A stretch of DNA of 64,000 bases from an uncultured delta proteobacterium (GCA_963816145.1 CAWFJP010000003.1:256001-320000), one strand, 5' to 3'; shown: positions 1 to 10,029, numbered from the stretch's first letter. Numbers and translations are program-made. The notes: generated by a model from the sequence alone, not told the origin.

Positions 1-199
1 AAAGTACATGGATGGCCGGTCGCGACTTTCGAATTTTTTGATAGATGCTGAAAAGATTGTTGACTGAACGGCGGTTGCTGCCCCTCGCTTCTCTGCCGTT
101 GGTTCCGCGCAAAAACGCGAGGCTATACCACCCATGGAGGACCCGGTCGATATGTGCCCATTTGACGCACTGCCATGTCTGCGATATGTGTCCGGCGCA

Positions 200-406
200 A
201 TGCCCAAGCACCTCGCCCGAAAATGCCCAAGATGCCGAGAGTTTTTCGCAGTGGTCGTGAACCAGCCACCCAAGAGCAACGGTCAGTATCTCATCAATGG
301 TATCTGTGCGGTCTGCGGCTATCAGCTCAAAGGTTGGCGTTTGATCATTGGGCGGAAGCGGCCAGACAATGCCTATCTCGGTAGGATGCCCAAGGTTTTC
401 AGCTAA
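200..406 (+). CDS. Small zinc-ribbon hypothetical protein (68 aa)
   Basis: MPKHLARKCPRC...NGICAVC has two CxxC pairs. ATG at 200 is preferred over 134. The stop overlaps the next ATG (TAATG). Confidence 0.6.
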   Translation: MPKHLARKCPRCREFFAVVVNQPPKSNGQYLINGICAVCGYQLKGWRLIIGRKRPDNAYLGRMPKVFS

Positions 407-602
407 TGGATTGCTTTTTAATTCGCAACTGTCCTCCTGTCGTGGGCTGATGGGCGTGATCGTTTGACGCCCAGGACAGAACACACCGCGCCACCCGTTC
501 AACGGTCATTGCGCTAGGTGTCGCCAGCGACTTGCGTGGATCGTTATTCGTGGAAATCGTCAGCGCCTTAACAAGTTGTTAAGCCTGCTAGGGTGTAGGT
601 AA
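406..602 (+). pseudogene. Degenerate paralog of the upstream zinc-ribbon gene
   Basis: Reads MDCFLIRNCP/[fs]CRGLMGVIV*RPGQNTPRHPFNGHCARCRQRLAWIVIRG, collinear with 200..406. One frameshift near 432 and TGA at 465. Confidence 0.55.
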
Positions 603-620
603 ATTAAAACTGGCAGCTAC

Positions 621-1169
621 CTAGCGATTCCGGGGTCTATTCGGCTTCGGTAGATCGGGCCCACTGAAATCCAACTGTGTTTGGCTCGACCGTCGAAATC
701 TGGAAGATGAACCCAGTTGCTGTAGTTTTTCAACGGTAAACGTTCTGGAATCACATTGACCGTCCAGGAACTGGAAATAGATAGAAACTGAGTCAGATGC
801 CCAGCAAATCTGAAAAGCACTTGCATTCATTCGATCAAGATGATCGCCAAGAGTACGCAATAGTTGAGACAACCTACCGTACGCCTCAGTTTGAGAAGAA
901 TTTCTTCGCCTTTGCAGCTTCGCCTGGTCATCAAGCCGAGAAATATCGGCTGGACTGAACCGCACTGAGCGCCCAACTGTTGATTGGCGAGTGGTCTGCT
1001 CGGAAAAGTCATTGCGACTAAGTGCATGGCGCAAAACCCATTCGCCTGTTCGGGTCAGCGAATCACATTTCACGACATAATTCGGGCCGTCCGCTTCCAA
1101 CTCGAAAGCAGGAATCTTAGCGACTTCCAGCGACTGCCCAATTACTCGTAGTGATATGGAGTGAGCCAT
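621..1169 (-). CDS. Hypothetical protein with two similar halves
   Basis: 182-aa ORF; SLRVIGQSLE and LLRTLGDHLD segments resemble each other. No family recognised. Confidence 0.6.
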   Translation of the reverse strand: MAHSISLRVIGQSLEVAKIPAFELEADGPNYVVKCDSLTRTGEWVLRHALSRNDFSEQTTRQSTVGRSVRFSPADISRLDDQAKLQRRRNSSQTEAYGRLSQLLRTLGDHLDRMNASAFQICWASDSVSIYFQFLDGQCDSRTFTVEKLQQLGSSSRFRRSSQTQLDFSGPDLPKPNRPRNR

Positions 1170-1355
1170 TCGATACCGCGTCTGTCAGCGATACCGCCAT
1201 TGTGGAGGTTCTGAGGCCAATTACAACCGTCCAGTTGTTAAAATCCTTTTTCCGCTTCCGATTCTCGTCAAATGCCTCTGATGCTCGTCTCTTACTGGGG
1301 GGGATTGTTCATTCCGCATCAGCCCTGAATCATAGCGCCTGAAACCGCCCCACCC

Positions 1356-1493
1356 TCAGTCAGTCAAATATTCGCGCCAATTAATTGGCCGGCGAGGTTG
1401 ATTTTGATAATAACTCTCGCTGTTACTGATAACCGAGGAGCATCCCGAGACTAGAGTCATCAGCAACAGAGCAAACAGGACGATTTTCTTCAT
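1356..1493 (-). CDS. Small putative lipoprotein (45 aa; not in ORF track)
   Basis: MKKIVLFALLLMTLVSG-CSSVIS...: basic N-terminus, hydrophobic core, lipobox Cys; GAGG upstream. Confidence 0.6.
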   Translation of the reverse strand: MKKIVLFALLLMTLVSGCSSVISNSESYYQNQPRRPINWREYLTD

Positions 1494-2092
1494 TGTAAGT
1501 CCCTCATCATGCTCTCACACCCTCAGCGCATGCATGTATTTGCCGGTGCGTTTGTCTATCTCGCCTCAGACTCGAACCGACGCCATGATACAGCGTTATT
1601 ATCACCCTGGGTCGGGTGTTGATAGGGCCGCCGAGAAACAACGTTAAGCTACGCAGAGGTCATTGGCGTGTTAATCGGGCAGGGTCTTTGTTTATTTTGA
1701 AGCGAGGACCCGGGCGGTAAATTTGGCTAGGTTACAGCGCGGCACGCGATCTCCTACTTTCGCAGAATTGGTTGAAGTCGACTTCAAGATCGTCGACGAT
1801 TTCTTGGGAGGTGATCAAATACCTCGCTAACGGTTGCGTAGCAGTCGGAGGGATATCTGAATACCCCCCCAAAATGGCAGCATTGGGGGCGCCGGGGGAT
1901 ATTTCATGCGTATCGTTATTAATGGATCGAAACGAAACACGTGATATGCGCGCCGGATTCTCGGGGGTAAACTTAATAGTTAGCCTGGCACTGTCTTGTG
2001 CGTGAGTTCAGCAAGGCCGACACCGCGGCGAATTAAGACGGAGATTTACCGCGAGCGTTACAACGCGGATCAAAAGCGCGCACGCGACCGCG

Positions 2093-2404
2093 TCACCGGA
2101 GGCGTACAACTTGGGCAACATTGCTGTACGCGCTCGTGCCTATTTGATTATACGCGGCAGCCCTATAGCATGCCCCTAGCTTGTAGACATCCGTAACAAG
2201 AGTTTGATTTATGCCTGTGTATGCGATCACTTCCCAACCATCACTGCAGTCATTGGACAGCGTGCGTTCAAGAAAGAACCCCTGCTCGTTATCGGAATTG
2301 TCTTGCCATGTTATCGTTACGGATCGAGCATTGGCAGTTCCCGGTAACATCAACAAATAGAAAAATAAGAAGTAAAGTTGCCAAGAGAATTTCTTTGGTA
2401 GCAT
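2093..2404 (-). CDS. Secreted single fibronectin type III-like domain protein
   Basis: Signal peptide, then ITWQDNSDNEQGFFLER...YRAAAYNQIGTSAYSN pattern. Confidence 0.75.
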   Translation of the reverse strand: MLPKKFSWQLYFLFFYLLMLPGTANARSVTITWQDNSDNEQGFFLERTLSNDCSDGWEVIAYTGINQTLVTDVYKLGACYRAAAYNQIGTSAYSNVAQVVRLR

Positions 2405-2770
2405 CGAAAGCCTCCACCCGAAAGCGGACTGAATTTAGAAGTTCTAAAAAAGACCTTAGTAATGCTTTTGTAGTTACTATCAACAGGATTTGTTGTCAAT
2501 CAAAGTCTGGCCGGACGCCGCGGTTGGCGGAAACAATTATCGAGGCAAAGGCGAAGCAAGATATTGCGGCGGCGCAGGCCGGGTGAAAATCAGAGGGGCC
2601 GTTGCCGCGTTGACAAATAACGAGTTCGCCGCGCTTTTGGCCGAGGCGCTCCGGTTAGCTAGATCGGTGAGCTCTGTAATTGAATTGAATGTACAGGTTT
2701 TATCCTGAATGCGAGCGCGGAGAGATCAGGCAATTGCAATGAGAGTTGAGAGGAAAGGGATTGGGGGATT

Positions 2771-3820
2771 AGGGTCAAATCTTTACTTAAGGCGTAAGCT
2801 CTCGTCAATCTCCGTCATAGTCATACCCATCCGTTTATCGAGGTCTGCCTTCTCCCGAATCCGCTTGCGCTCCCGGCTCACCGTCGTGTAGTCCAATCCG
2901 CCAAGCTCTGCGCCAATCCCCGATTGGCTGAGCTGCCCATGCCGATAAAGCATCTCCATCGCCACCGCTCGTGCGTCCCGATTCCCAATCCGCTTTGCCC
3001 TGATCTCGGTCTCCTTCACTCCCAAGCGCCGGCACACCTCTTTGATGATGTCCGCCGCGCTCTTGGCCGCAAACTCCCTGACCGACGGCTGTTCGCGGGA
3101 GACTCCCCCTTCGCCAACCCTGTCTTTGATCCTTTCGACAAACTTCTCTTGCCCCAATACCACTTGCCCGCTGACGTTTTTCCACGGCGTGTCGTATCCG
3201 CGCTCGATCCCGTCGGCGACAAACTCTGCGTACTTCTTTCGACTCCCACCGACCCGCCCGAGCACCATTTCGTAGCGCACCCACGGCTGCTTGCTAGCCG
3301 CTTTGACGTATCCCGGTAGGCTGCTCCATCGATAGCGCTCCAAATATCGAATCTGCTCTCTGACGTTCTTGCCATGATAGCTCTTTAACCGCACCGGATT
3401 TAGGTGAACGTAGCGGCTGAGCTCTAACAGATAGCTGTCCTGGTCAACCAGGATGGCTTTGAATCGCCCTTGGTACAGATGCCCGACACGGCGATGGCGG
3501 CGGTTAAATGCGGCGGTGTAGCTGATATTAAAATGGCGCATGAACTCGGAGAGATTGGCCTTGGGCGTGGCCACCAGCAAATGAAAGTGGTTGGCCATGA
3601 GCACATAGGCGTGAAGCTCGACTTGGTAGGTGGCGAGCGAGCCTCGCAGCTTCTCCAAGAATACTGTTCGATCCCGGTCGTCGCGGTAGATCGCCCGCCG
3701 GTCGTTGCCCCGGCAGGTGACGTGGTAAAAACCGCCGGGAATCAGGATTCTTAGGGGTCGGGTCATGGGCTTCTACTAGCATCGGGTTAGGGCGGAAAGC
3801 AAGAGTAAAGATTTGACCCT
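2771..3820. mobile_element. RAYT/Y1-transposase element bounded by 17-bp perfect inverted repeats
   Basis: AGGGTCAAATCTTTACT at 2771-2787 and its reverse complement AGTAAAGATTTGACCCT at 3804-3820 enclose the transposase gene. Confidence 0.8.
2783..3766 (-). CDS. REP-associated tyrosine (Y1 HUH) transposase with C-terminal HTH
   Basis: YHVTCRGN, HUH motif NHFHLL, YVHLNPVR, YRWSS; C-terminal SQSGIGAELGGLDYTTVSR helix-turn-helix of DnaA-C/TrpR type. Confidence 0.92.
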   Translation of the reverse strand: MTRPLRILIPGGFYHVTCRGNDRRAIYRDDRDRTVFLEKLRGSLATYQVELHAYVLMANHFHLLVATPKANLSEFMRHFNISYTAAFNRRHRRVGHLYQGRFKAILVDQDSYLLELSRYVHLNPVRLKSYHGKNVREQIRYLERYRWSSLPGYVKAASKQPWVRYEMVLGRVGGSRKKYAEFVADGIERGYDTPWKNVSGQVVLGQEKFVERIKDRVGEGGVSREQPSVREFAAKSAADIIKEVCRRLGVKETEIRAKRIGNRDARAVAMEMLYRHGQLSQSGIGAELGGLDYTTVSRERKRIREKADLDKRMGMTMTEIDESLRLK

Positions 3821-3882
3821 TAACCTGTTAACCTGCTTCTTAACCTGCTTACTTAACTTGCTTAACCCCTTGACCCTCAACC
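3817..3882 (+). repeat. Degenerate tandem array of TTAACCTG(C)-like units abutting the right inverted repeat
   Basis: ttaacctg ttaacctgc ttc ttaacctgc ttac ttaacttgc ttaacccc ttgaccct caacc. Confidence 0.85.
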
Positions 3883-4022
3883 GCTCAGCCGTGACCATAA
3901 GAAAACGCCCCAGCTTCATCAACTTGTATCGTGGTATCGCACTGGGTTACAAGTTGGATTGGCAGATCCCCGCAGGATGCGGAATGAATACACTTACTTT
4001 AAGTGAACCTCTGAGAAACAGT

Positions 4023-5987
4023 ATGAAGCTACCTTTTGATCAAGAAGCTATACGGGCCAAATGTTTTCATTCCTCCGGGAACTTTGTCGAGTTTCCTAGA
4101 GACGATGTCGAGCGAACTATTCCGGAGCGTTTTGAGAAAATTGTGGCACAGCATCCTCATCGACTCGCCATAAAGACCTCTAAGCAAGCTATAACTTACG
4201 CTGAGTTGAACGCGTCAGCTAATCGTGTGGCTCGATACATCCTAGACATTCGAGGTGAGAGCAACGAGCCTGTTGCGATTCTTCTTGGTCATGATGCGGC
4301 TATCATCGTCACAATTTTAGCATCTCTTAAGGCGGGCAAAATCTATGTTCCTCTTGATCCTGCTTATCCGCTATCGAGAAACGCTCAGATCTTGCAACAT
4401 TCGCAGGCTCGATTGATTTTGACGGATAGCACACATATCCGGTTAGCCGATCAATTGGCGGAGAATGCAATCGAAGTAATCGGCGTCGACGATATCCCCG
4501 ACAATCTATCGCGAGACAACCCCGATCTCGCCCTACCGCCCGATACGCTGGCGTGGATTCTATACACCTCCGGTACAACAGGGAACCCAAAGGGTATAGT
4601 TCAAAGCCACCGGTCTGTGCTTCAAGAAACGTTGATCTATACAAATCTAGCCCACATCAGTCTCGATGATCGGCTGGCACTTGTTTCGTCTTGTAGCTTT
4701 TCTGACTCGATCGGCACGATCAATGGCACCCTCCTTAACGGTGCAAGGCTTGTTCTTGTCGATATTCGTAGTGAAGGACTGACTGCGCTTGCCGACCGAC
4801 TACTTATAGATTGCGTTTCGATCTACCGATCCGTTCCGACTGTTTTCCGCCACTTCGCCGATATCGTGGCGAGAGAGCAGCAGTTTCCCAGTCTTCGTCT
4901 TATTTACCTGGTTGGTGAAACAGTCAACAAGACTCATGTAGAGCAGTACAGGAAATCGTTTTCGCGTGACTGTATTTTGCTCAACGTACTTGGATCAACG
5001 GAAGCACTCACGTTTAGGATATTTTTCATGGACATGGAGACTGAAATGAGCGGTTTGGACGTACCTGTTGGGTATGCGGTGGATGGCAAGGAAGTCGTCT
5101 TAGTGAATGACGAAGTGCAGGATGCGGGGTGCGGCTCGATTGGCGAAATTGCGGTGAAAAGTCGCTATCTGGCACAAGGTTATTGGCGCAACCCTATGGC
5201 GACCCGCGATAAGTTCTTGCCGGATCCGGACGGAGGGCTCGAGCGTCTTTATCTTACCGGTGATATGGGTCGCATGGCGCCCGACGGGTGTCTATTCCAT
5301 CTGGGACGTAAAGATTTTCAGGTGAAAATAAGAGGCTACCGGGTGGAACTGGGCGAGATTGAAATGGCGCTTCATAATCATGATGGGGTGAAAGAAGCGG
5401 CGGTAACATCCGATGAGGACCATCTTGGTGAAACCCGGATAACAGCGTATTTTGTCTCTAGCAGGGAGCCTGCACCTACCACAAGCGATTTGCGGAACTT
5501 CTTGCAGGATAAATTACCGGAATACATGCTTCCCTCAACTTTCATCGCGATGGATTCGTTCCCGCTTACTGAGACAGGCAAACTGGATCGCCGAGCGCTA
5601 CCGATCGCGAGTCGAGCTAAAACCGAGCCAGGTATTTTTGTGGCTGCACCGACAACCGCCTTAGAAAAGCAACTCGTCGAGAATTGGAGAGAGGTGCTGA
5701 AAATTGACGCCCTAGGCATTTACGACAACTTCTTTGATCTGGGAGGCCATTCGCTTGCTGCCATGCGAATTGTATCTCGTGTTTTCCAGCAATTCCAACT
5801 ACAGATTCCACTTCAAGCCCTATTTCAGTCGCCAACGGTGGCTGATATGGCGGCTGTAATTGCCGAGCATCTAGACGAACCATTAGGAAGCGAAGAGTTG
5901 GAGGATATTTTGCACGAAATTGAATCGTTGTCCGACGAACAAGCGCAGCGGCTTGTGGGGGAACAGCAAAACACTTCCAAAGTCTAA
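4023..5987 (+). CDS. Stand-alone NRPS-like adenylation-thiolation didomain protein
   Basis: YTSGTTGNPKG, YLTGD, GRKDFQVKIRGYRVELGEIE, GKLDR, carrier motif FFDLGGHSL; no condensation domain. Start set at 4023 by alignment with the paralog. Confidence 0.9.
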   Translation: MKLPFDQEAIRAKCFHSSGNFVEFPRDDVERTIPERFEKIVAQHPHRLAIKTSKQAITYAELNASANRVARYILDIRGESNEPVAILLGHDAAIIVTILASLKAGKIYVPLDPAYPLSRNAQILQHSQARLILTDSTHIRLADQLAENAIEVIGVDDIPDNLSRDNPDLALPPDTLAWILYTSGTTGNPKGIVQSHRSVLQETLIYTNLAHISLDDRLALVSSCSFSDSIGTINGTLLNGARLVLVDIRSEGLTALADRLLIDCVSIYRSVPTVFRHFADIVAREQQFPSLRLIYLVGETVNKTHVEQYRKSFSRDCILLNVLGSTEALTFRIFFMDMETEMSGLDVPVGYAVDGKEVVLVNDEVQDAGCGSIGEIAVKSRYLAQGYWRNPMATRDKFLPDPDGGLERLYLTGDMGRMAPDGCLFHLGRKDFQVKIRGYRVELGEIEMALHNHDGVKEAAVTSDEDHLGETRITAYFVSSREPAPTTSDLRNFLQDKLPEYMLPSTFIAMDSFPLTETGKLDRRALPIASRAKTEPGIFVAAPTTALEKQLVENWREVLKIDALGIYDNFFDLGGHSLAAMRIVSRVFQQFQLQIPLQALFQSPTVADMAAVIAEHLDEPLGSEELEDILHEIESLSDEQAQRLVGEQQNTSKV

Positions 5988-6403
5988 AGCACCTGCTACC
6001 GCTTTCAAGCTAGCGTGCAAGGGAAGTTATTGACTAGCTGGACAAACTGCCTACCACGACAGTGGACCTCTCGGAGGTCTAGAAGCCGATTGGGCGGGAC
6101 GCCACGGCCAGCGACGCTCCAACGCGCGGCGGTGTTTTGACGAAGCGGTCCCCACCGAGAAACCGTTGGTCGACGGTCCGCTAGTACTTCTCGTCGTGTC
6201 GCCTGCATCCCCCATCTTCCATGAATCTCTCCAAGGCGCACCGAGCGATCTCGACTCAAGCGGTGAATTATCTGCAGACCGTTTGGGTAGCGCATTGGAC
6301 ACGACCGGGATACCCTGTTAAACGGCTACGCGACCCTAACGATGCAAACTTACCGAAACGTTGTTGCCACGTCGGTTGGCCGTAACTAATCGCAGCGGCG
6401 AGT

Positions 6404-6429
6404 GGAACGGCCTGCTGCCGTTCCCCTAC
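6404..6429 (-). repeat. GTAG-type REP-like palindrome
   Basis: GGAACGGC-ctgct-GCCGTTCC-cctac. Confidence 0.55.
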
Positions 6430-6586
6430 AGCAAAGAAACCGATGACCCTGTTTGCGGTTTAATTAAGCACCATTAAATTACCCCGTGTTAGCACCGTAA
6501 GAACCACTATGACCTCTAGTCTTGTCGTATAGCATCGCACTCGTCTACAATGTATCCCAGGACCGGGGGAAAGCGAGTCGAATGCT

Positions 6587-8548
6587 ATGAAGTTGCCGCC
6601 TGACCAACAAGCAATACGGGCCAAGTGCTTCCACCCATCGGGAAAATTCGTCGAGTTTCCTAAGGATGACGTCGAGACATCGGTTCCGGAGCGTTTTGAA
6701 AAGGTTGTGCGCATTAACCCCGATCGGATTGCCGTCAAAATAGACGACACGGCCCTAACGTACGATGCGTTGAACAAAGTGGCAAACCGAGTAGCGCGTT
6801 TGCTTGTCGATAGGCTTGGTGAACACAATCGTCCAATCGTGATTTTCTCGGAGCAAACCTTAGCGGCGGTAATATTCTCTCTGGCGATCTGGAAATCAGG
6901 CAAGATTTTGGTTGCGGTCGAACCCAGCTCTTTTTTGCCGGCGATTTTATCGAAAATCGAGGCCGCGCAAGCGAACGTGATCTTAACTACCGGCGATAAT
7001 TTGTCCCTTGCGCTAGAATTAACAAGAAAGACCACCAGTCAGATTATAAACATAGACCCATCCGTAATTGATCTGGCCGATGGCAATCTGAACTTAAAAA
7101 TCCGTAGCGAAGCGCTGGCTGAAATTCGTTTTAGTTCGGGTTCCACCGGTAAACCGAAAGGGGTTGTTCGTAGTCATCGAGTGCTTTTAGTTTCTGCCCG
7201 GTCGGCAATCAATTCGGCTCACATTTGTTGTGATGATCGAGTGGTCGCTTTGACTAATCTCAGCTTTGGTAGCCACACTCTTCGTAAAGGTTTACTCAGT
7301 GGATCGGCCATTTTTCCCTTCGACATCAAGAAACACGGTATCCAGGACTTAGCGCGATTGTTAAACAAAGAGAATATAACTTGTTACGAATCCGTTCCAT
7401 CGAGCTTTCGATATCTGGTCGGGGAGTTGGACGGAACCATCGCATTTCCGTCAATGCGCCTGATACAGTTTGCAGGCGAGCCATTGTACAGGAGCGATGT
7501 CGAATCCTATAAGAACTATTTTCCAAACCAATGTATTTTGGTCAATCGATTAAGCGCTGGCGAAGTGGGCAACATCTGCCAATTGTTTATTGACAAGGAT
7601 ACAACGATTGATACGCCGCTTGTGCCGGTGGGTTATCCCGTTGAGGGCAAAAGTGTTGTCTTATTAAACGATGAGGGCAAACAAACCAGACTGAACGAAG
7701 TGGGTGAAATCGCGGTGAGAAGCCAGCTTCTGCCCTCAGGGTATTGGAACAATACCGATCTTACAGAAGCCAAATTTCACAACGATCCGGCAACGGGGGA
7801 GACAGTATACTTAACCGGCGACCTGGGAATGGTATCGCACGACGGACTAATTCTGCATCTAGGTAGGAAGGATAATGAAGTAAAGATTAGAGGAATGAAA
7901 GTGGAGTTGTCAGGAATTGACGCTACACTGGTTGGACACGACGGAATCGCAGAAGCCGTCGTTTTGCTTACGACGGATAAAGACCTGGGGGAAAGTCTGG
8001 TGGCGTATATCGTTCCAACTCACGGCAAACGACCAACTGTGGGAGAGCTTCGACAATTTCTCCGAAGCTCTTTACCTGACTATATGGTGCCATCGAAGTT
8101 CATGTTTTTAGATTCGTTGCCGCTAATGCCGAGTGGCAAGATAGATCGTTCGGCGCTTCCAGACCCAGCCGGCAAAAGACCGGAGATTGACACTCCCTTT
8201 GTGGCGCCCCACAATCCCATAGAAGAACGACTGGCTAGGATTTGGGCAGACGTTCTTGCGCTCGATGAAGTTGGCACAGACGACAATTTCTTCGATCTTG
8301 GAGGCCACTCCTTGGCAGCTACTAGGGTTGTGTCCCGGGTTATCCAGCAGTTTCAGTTAGAAATACCGCTGCAGTCACTGTTTGAATCTCCAACCATTGC
8401 GGATATGGCATCAGTGATCACGGCTCATCAGGGAAACACTTTAGACGAGCAAGGCTTGGCGACACTATTGAACGAATTAGAATCACTGTCCGACGAAGAG
8501 GCCCAGCGGCTTGTAGGCGAACAGCGTAACGAAAACTCCGAGGAGTAA
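6587..8548 (+). CDS. Second stand-alone adenylation-thiolation didomain protein
   Basis: FSSGSTGKPKG, YLTGD, GRKDNEVKIRG, GKIDR, FFDLGGHSL; N- and C-termini closely match 4023..5987. Confidence 0.9.
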   Translation: MKLPPDQQAIRAKCFHPSGKFVEFPKDDVETSVPERFEKVVRINPDRIAVKIDDTALTYDALNKVANRVARLLVDRLGEHNRPIVIFSEQTLAAVIFSLAIWKSGKILVAVEPSSFLPAILSKIEAAQANVILTTGDNLSLALELTRKTTSQIINIDPSVIDLADGNLNLKIRSEALAEIRFSSGSTGKPKGVVRSHRVLLVSARSAINSAHICCDDRVVALTNLSFGSHTLRKGLLSGSAIFPFDIKKHGIQDLARLLNKENITCYESVPSSFRYLVGELDGTIAFPSMRLIQFAGEPLYRSDVESYKNYFPNQCILVNRLSAGEVGNICQLFIDKDTTIDTPLVPVGYPVEGKSVVLLNDEGKQTRLNEVGEIAVRSQLLPSGYWNNTDLTEAKFHNDPATGETVYLTGDLGMVSHDGLILHLGRKDNEVKIRGMKVELSGIDATLVGHDGIAEAVVLLTTDKDLGESLVAYIVPTHGKRPTVGELRQFLRSSLPDYMVPSKFMFLDSLPLMPSGKIDRSALPDPAGKRPEIDTPFVAPHNPIEERLARIWADVLALDEVGTDDNFFDLGGHSLAATRVVSRVIQQFQLEIPLQSLFESPTIADMASVITAHQGNTLDEQGLATLLNELESLSDEEAQRLVGEQRNENSEE

Positions 8549-8714
8549 TGCAGCTCCCCTAAAAGCATAATTGATACTACCAAGAACGGTGCACCGGTAA
8601 GACCGCCATTTTATTCGCTCATCTGTATAAGTCAACACATCATCTAACAGTCGACCGGCAAGTTCTCGTCATCGGTTAGTGAATTAACGGTTCTTATGAT
8701 TCATCAAACCGTTA

Positions 8715-9207
8715 CTACAGCAGTTTGATTATTTCGGAGTCCAAACTCTCGCGATGAATCTTCAGCCGTGCAATAGTCACCGGCAATTTGAATCTCCGCG
8801 GCCCGGCGCTGCCGGGATTGACGAACAGGACGTCGTCACGCGTCACGACGCTCGGTTTGTGCGAGTGACCGCTGATGACGGCGCGAATTCCCGCTACGTT
8901 GGGTTCGCCGTCAAGTTCGTGGACGTTGTGGATCACGTGAATCTTAGTGCCATTAATCTGGAGATTGAGTATGTCCGGCAGCTTTTGCGCCCACGGTCCA
9001 CGATCATTGTTACCGCGAATGGCGTAGACCGGCGCGATCGCGTCTTAACGATTGCAGCACTTCAACTTTGCCGATATCGCCGCCATGAATGATCAGCTCG
9101 ACGCCCTTGAGCGCCACCAGGGCTTCGGGCCGCATCAGTCCGTGGGTGTCGGAGATCACACCGATGATCCCTTTCTTGAGCTCGATCGATTTCTTGCGAA
9201 CTAACAT
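8715..9207 (-). pseudogene. YfcE/MJ0936-family metallophosphoesterase, frameshifted near 9040 (possibly assembly error)
   Basis: SDTHG and GDI in one frame; RGNND and GHSH, NPGSAG in another. Confidence 0.8.
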
Positions 9208-9293
9208 GACCAGGCTGATGTAGCTTGATTCCGGGTTCGGCGCAATTCTATAGTGGTCCTGGGTTAAGGGGAGTGATCGAAATCCGGAAGATT

Positions 9294-9404
9294 TCCCGCA
9301 AAGGCGCTAAGGCGCAAAGTTGACGGCATGGATCCAAGACAGATTTTTCCCTTCGGTCGAAATGACATTAGTCTTTAACTTAGCGTCTTTGCGCCTTGGC
9401 GGGA
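9294..9404. repeat. CGCAAAG-type inverted repeat with an internal GAAATGACA-type repeat
   Basis: tcccgcaaaggcgctaaggcgcaaag...cttagcgtctttgcgccttggcggga; internal agatttttcccttcggtcgaaatgaca at 9341-9367. Confidence 0.7.
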
Positions 9405-9489
9405 GAATAATCCAATTCCCAAAGTTCCCGCTTGCGCGCAAAATGCCAATAAATCAAAAAACTATAGCCCAAGACTCACCGGAGGTCTT

Positions 9490-9993
9490 ATGTTTCCTCA
9501 CTTACAATCCTTCAACCTACAAAAATGGATCGACGACAACCGCGGCGATTGGGGGCAGCGGCGGGTGATTTGGCAGGACTCCGATTTCATCGCCTTCGTC
9601 ACGCGCGGCCCGAACCGGCGCAAGGATTATCACATCAATCCCGGGGACGAGATTTTTTACCAGCTTGAAGGCGAGCTCAACCTGCACTACTTGAAGGATG
9701 ACAAGCATGAGCTGGCGGTGCTCAAGTCGGGGGATGTTTTTCTCATGCCGAAAAACACGCCGCACTCGCCGCGCCGTGCCGATGGTTCGTGGACCTATGT
9801 GGTGGAGAAAACCCGTTCGAAAGACGAAACCGACCGCTTCATTTGGCCCTGTGAAAAGTGCGGCACCAACCTTTACGCCACCGACGTGCGCTTCGATGAT
9901 CCCGGCGATGCGGTCAACAAAGCCACCGCGGCGCTCAAAGCCGATCCAAAACTGGCGACCTGCAAAAAATGCGGCGCGGTGCTGGATGTTTGA
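9490..9993 (+). CDS. nbaC: 3-hydroxyanthranilate 3,4-dioxygenase family protein
   Basis: GPNRRKDYHINPGDEIFYQLEG, PHSPRR and rubredoxin-like CEKC/CKKC. Confidence 0.85.
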   Translation: MFPHLQSFNLQKWIDDNRGDWGQRRVIWQDSDFIAFVTRGPNRRKDYHINPGDEIFYQLEGELNLHYLKDDKHELAVLKSGDVFLMPKNTPHSPRRADGSWTYVVEKTRSKDETDRFIWPCEKCGTNLYATDVRFDDPGDAVNKATAALKADPKLATCKKCGAVLDV

Positions 9994-10029
9994 AATAGCG
10001 AAGATAACCGTGAGGAGTTTTCTGATTCC

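Noticed and set aside
465-467. In-frame TGA as selenocysteine
   Set aside because: Not at a Cys position, and the ORF also carries a frameshift.
3817-3882. Possible CRISPR array
   Set aside because: Units are only 7-13 nt with no unique spacers and there are no cas genes.
3813-4022. 70-aa N-terminal extension of the first A-T protein in the ORF track
   Set aside because: It translates the IR and the stutter array (LNLLTCFLTCLLNLL); the paralog starts at the equivalent of 4023.
5990-6400. Possible structured RNA or small gene between the A-T genes
   Set aside because: Only short hairpins and motif-less ORFs; nothing supportable without a covariance search.
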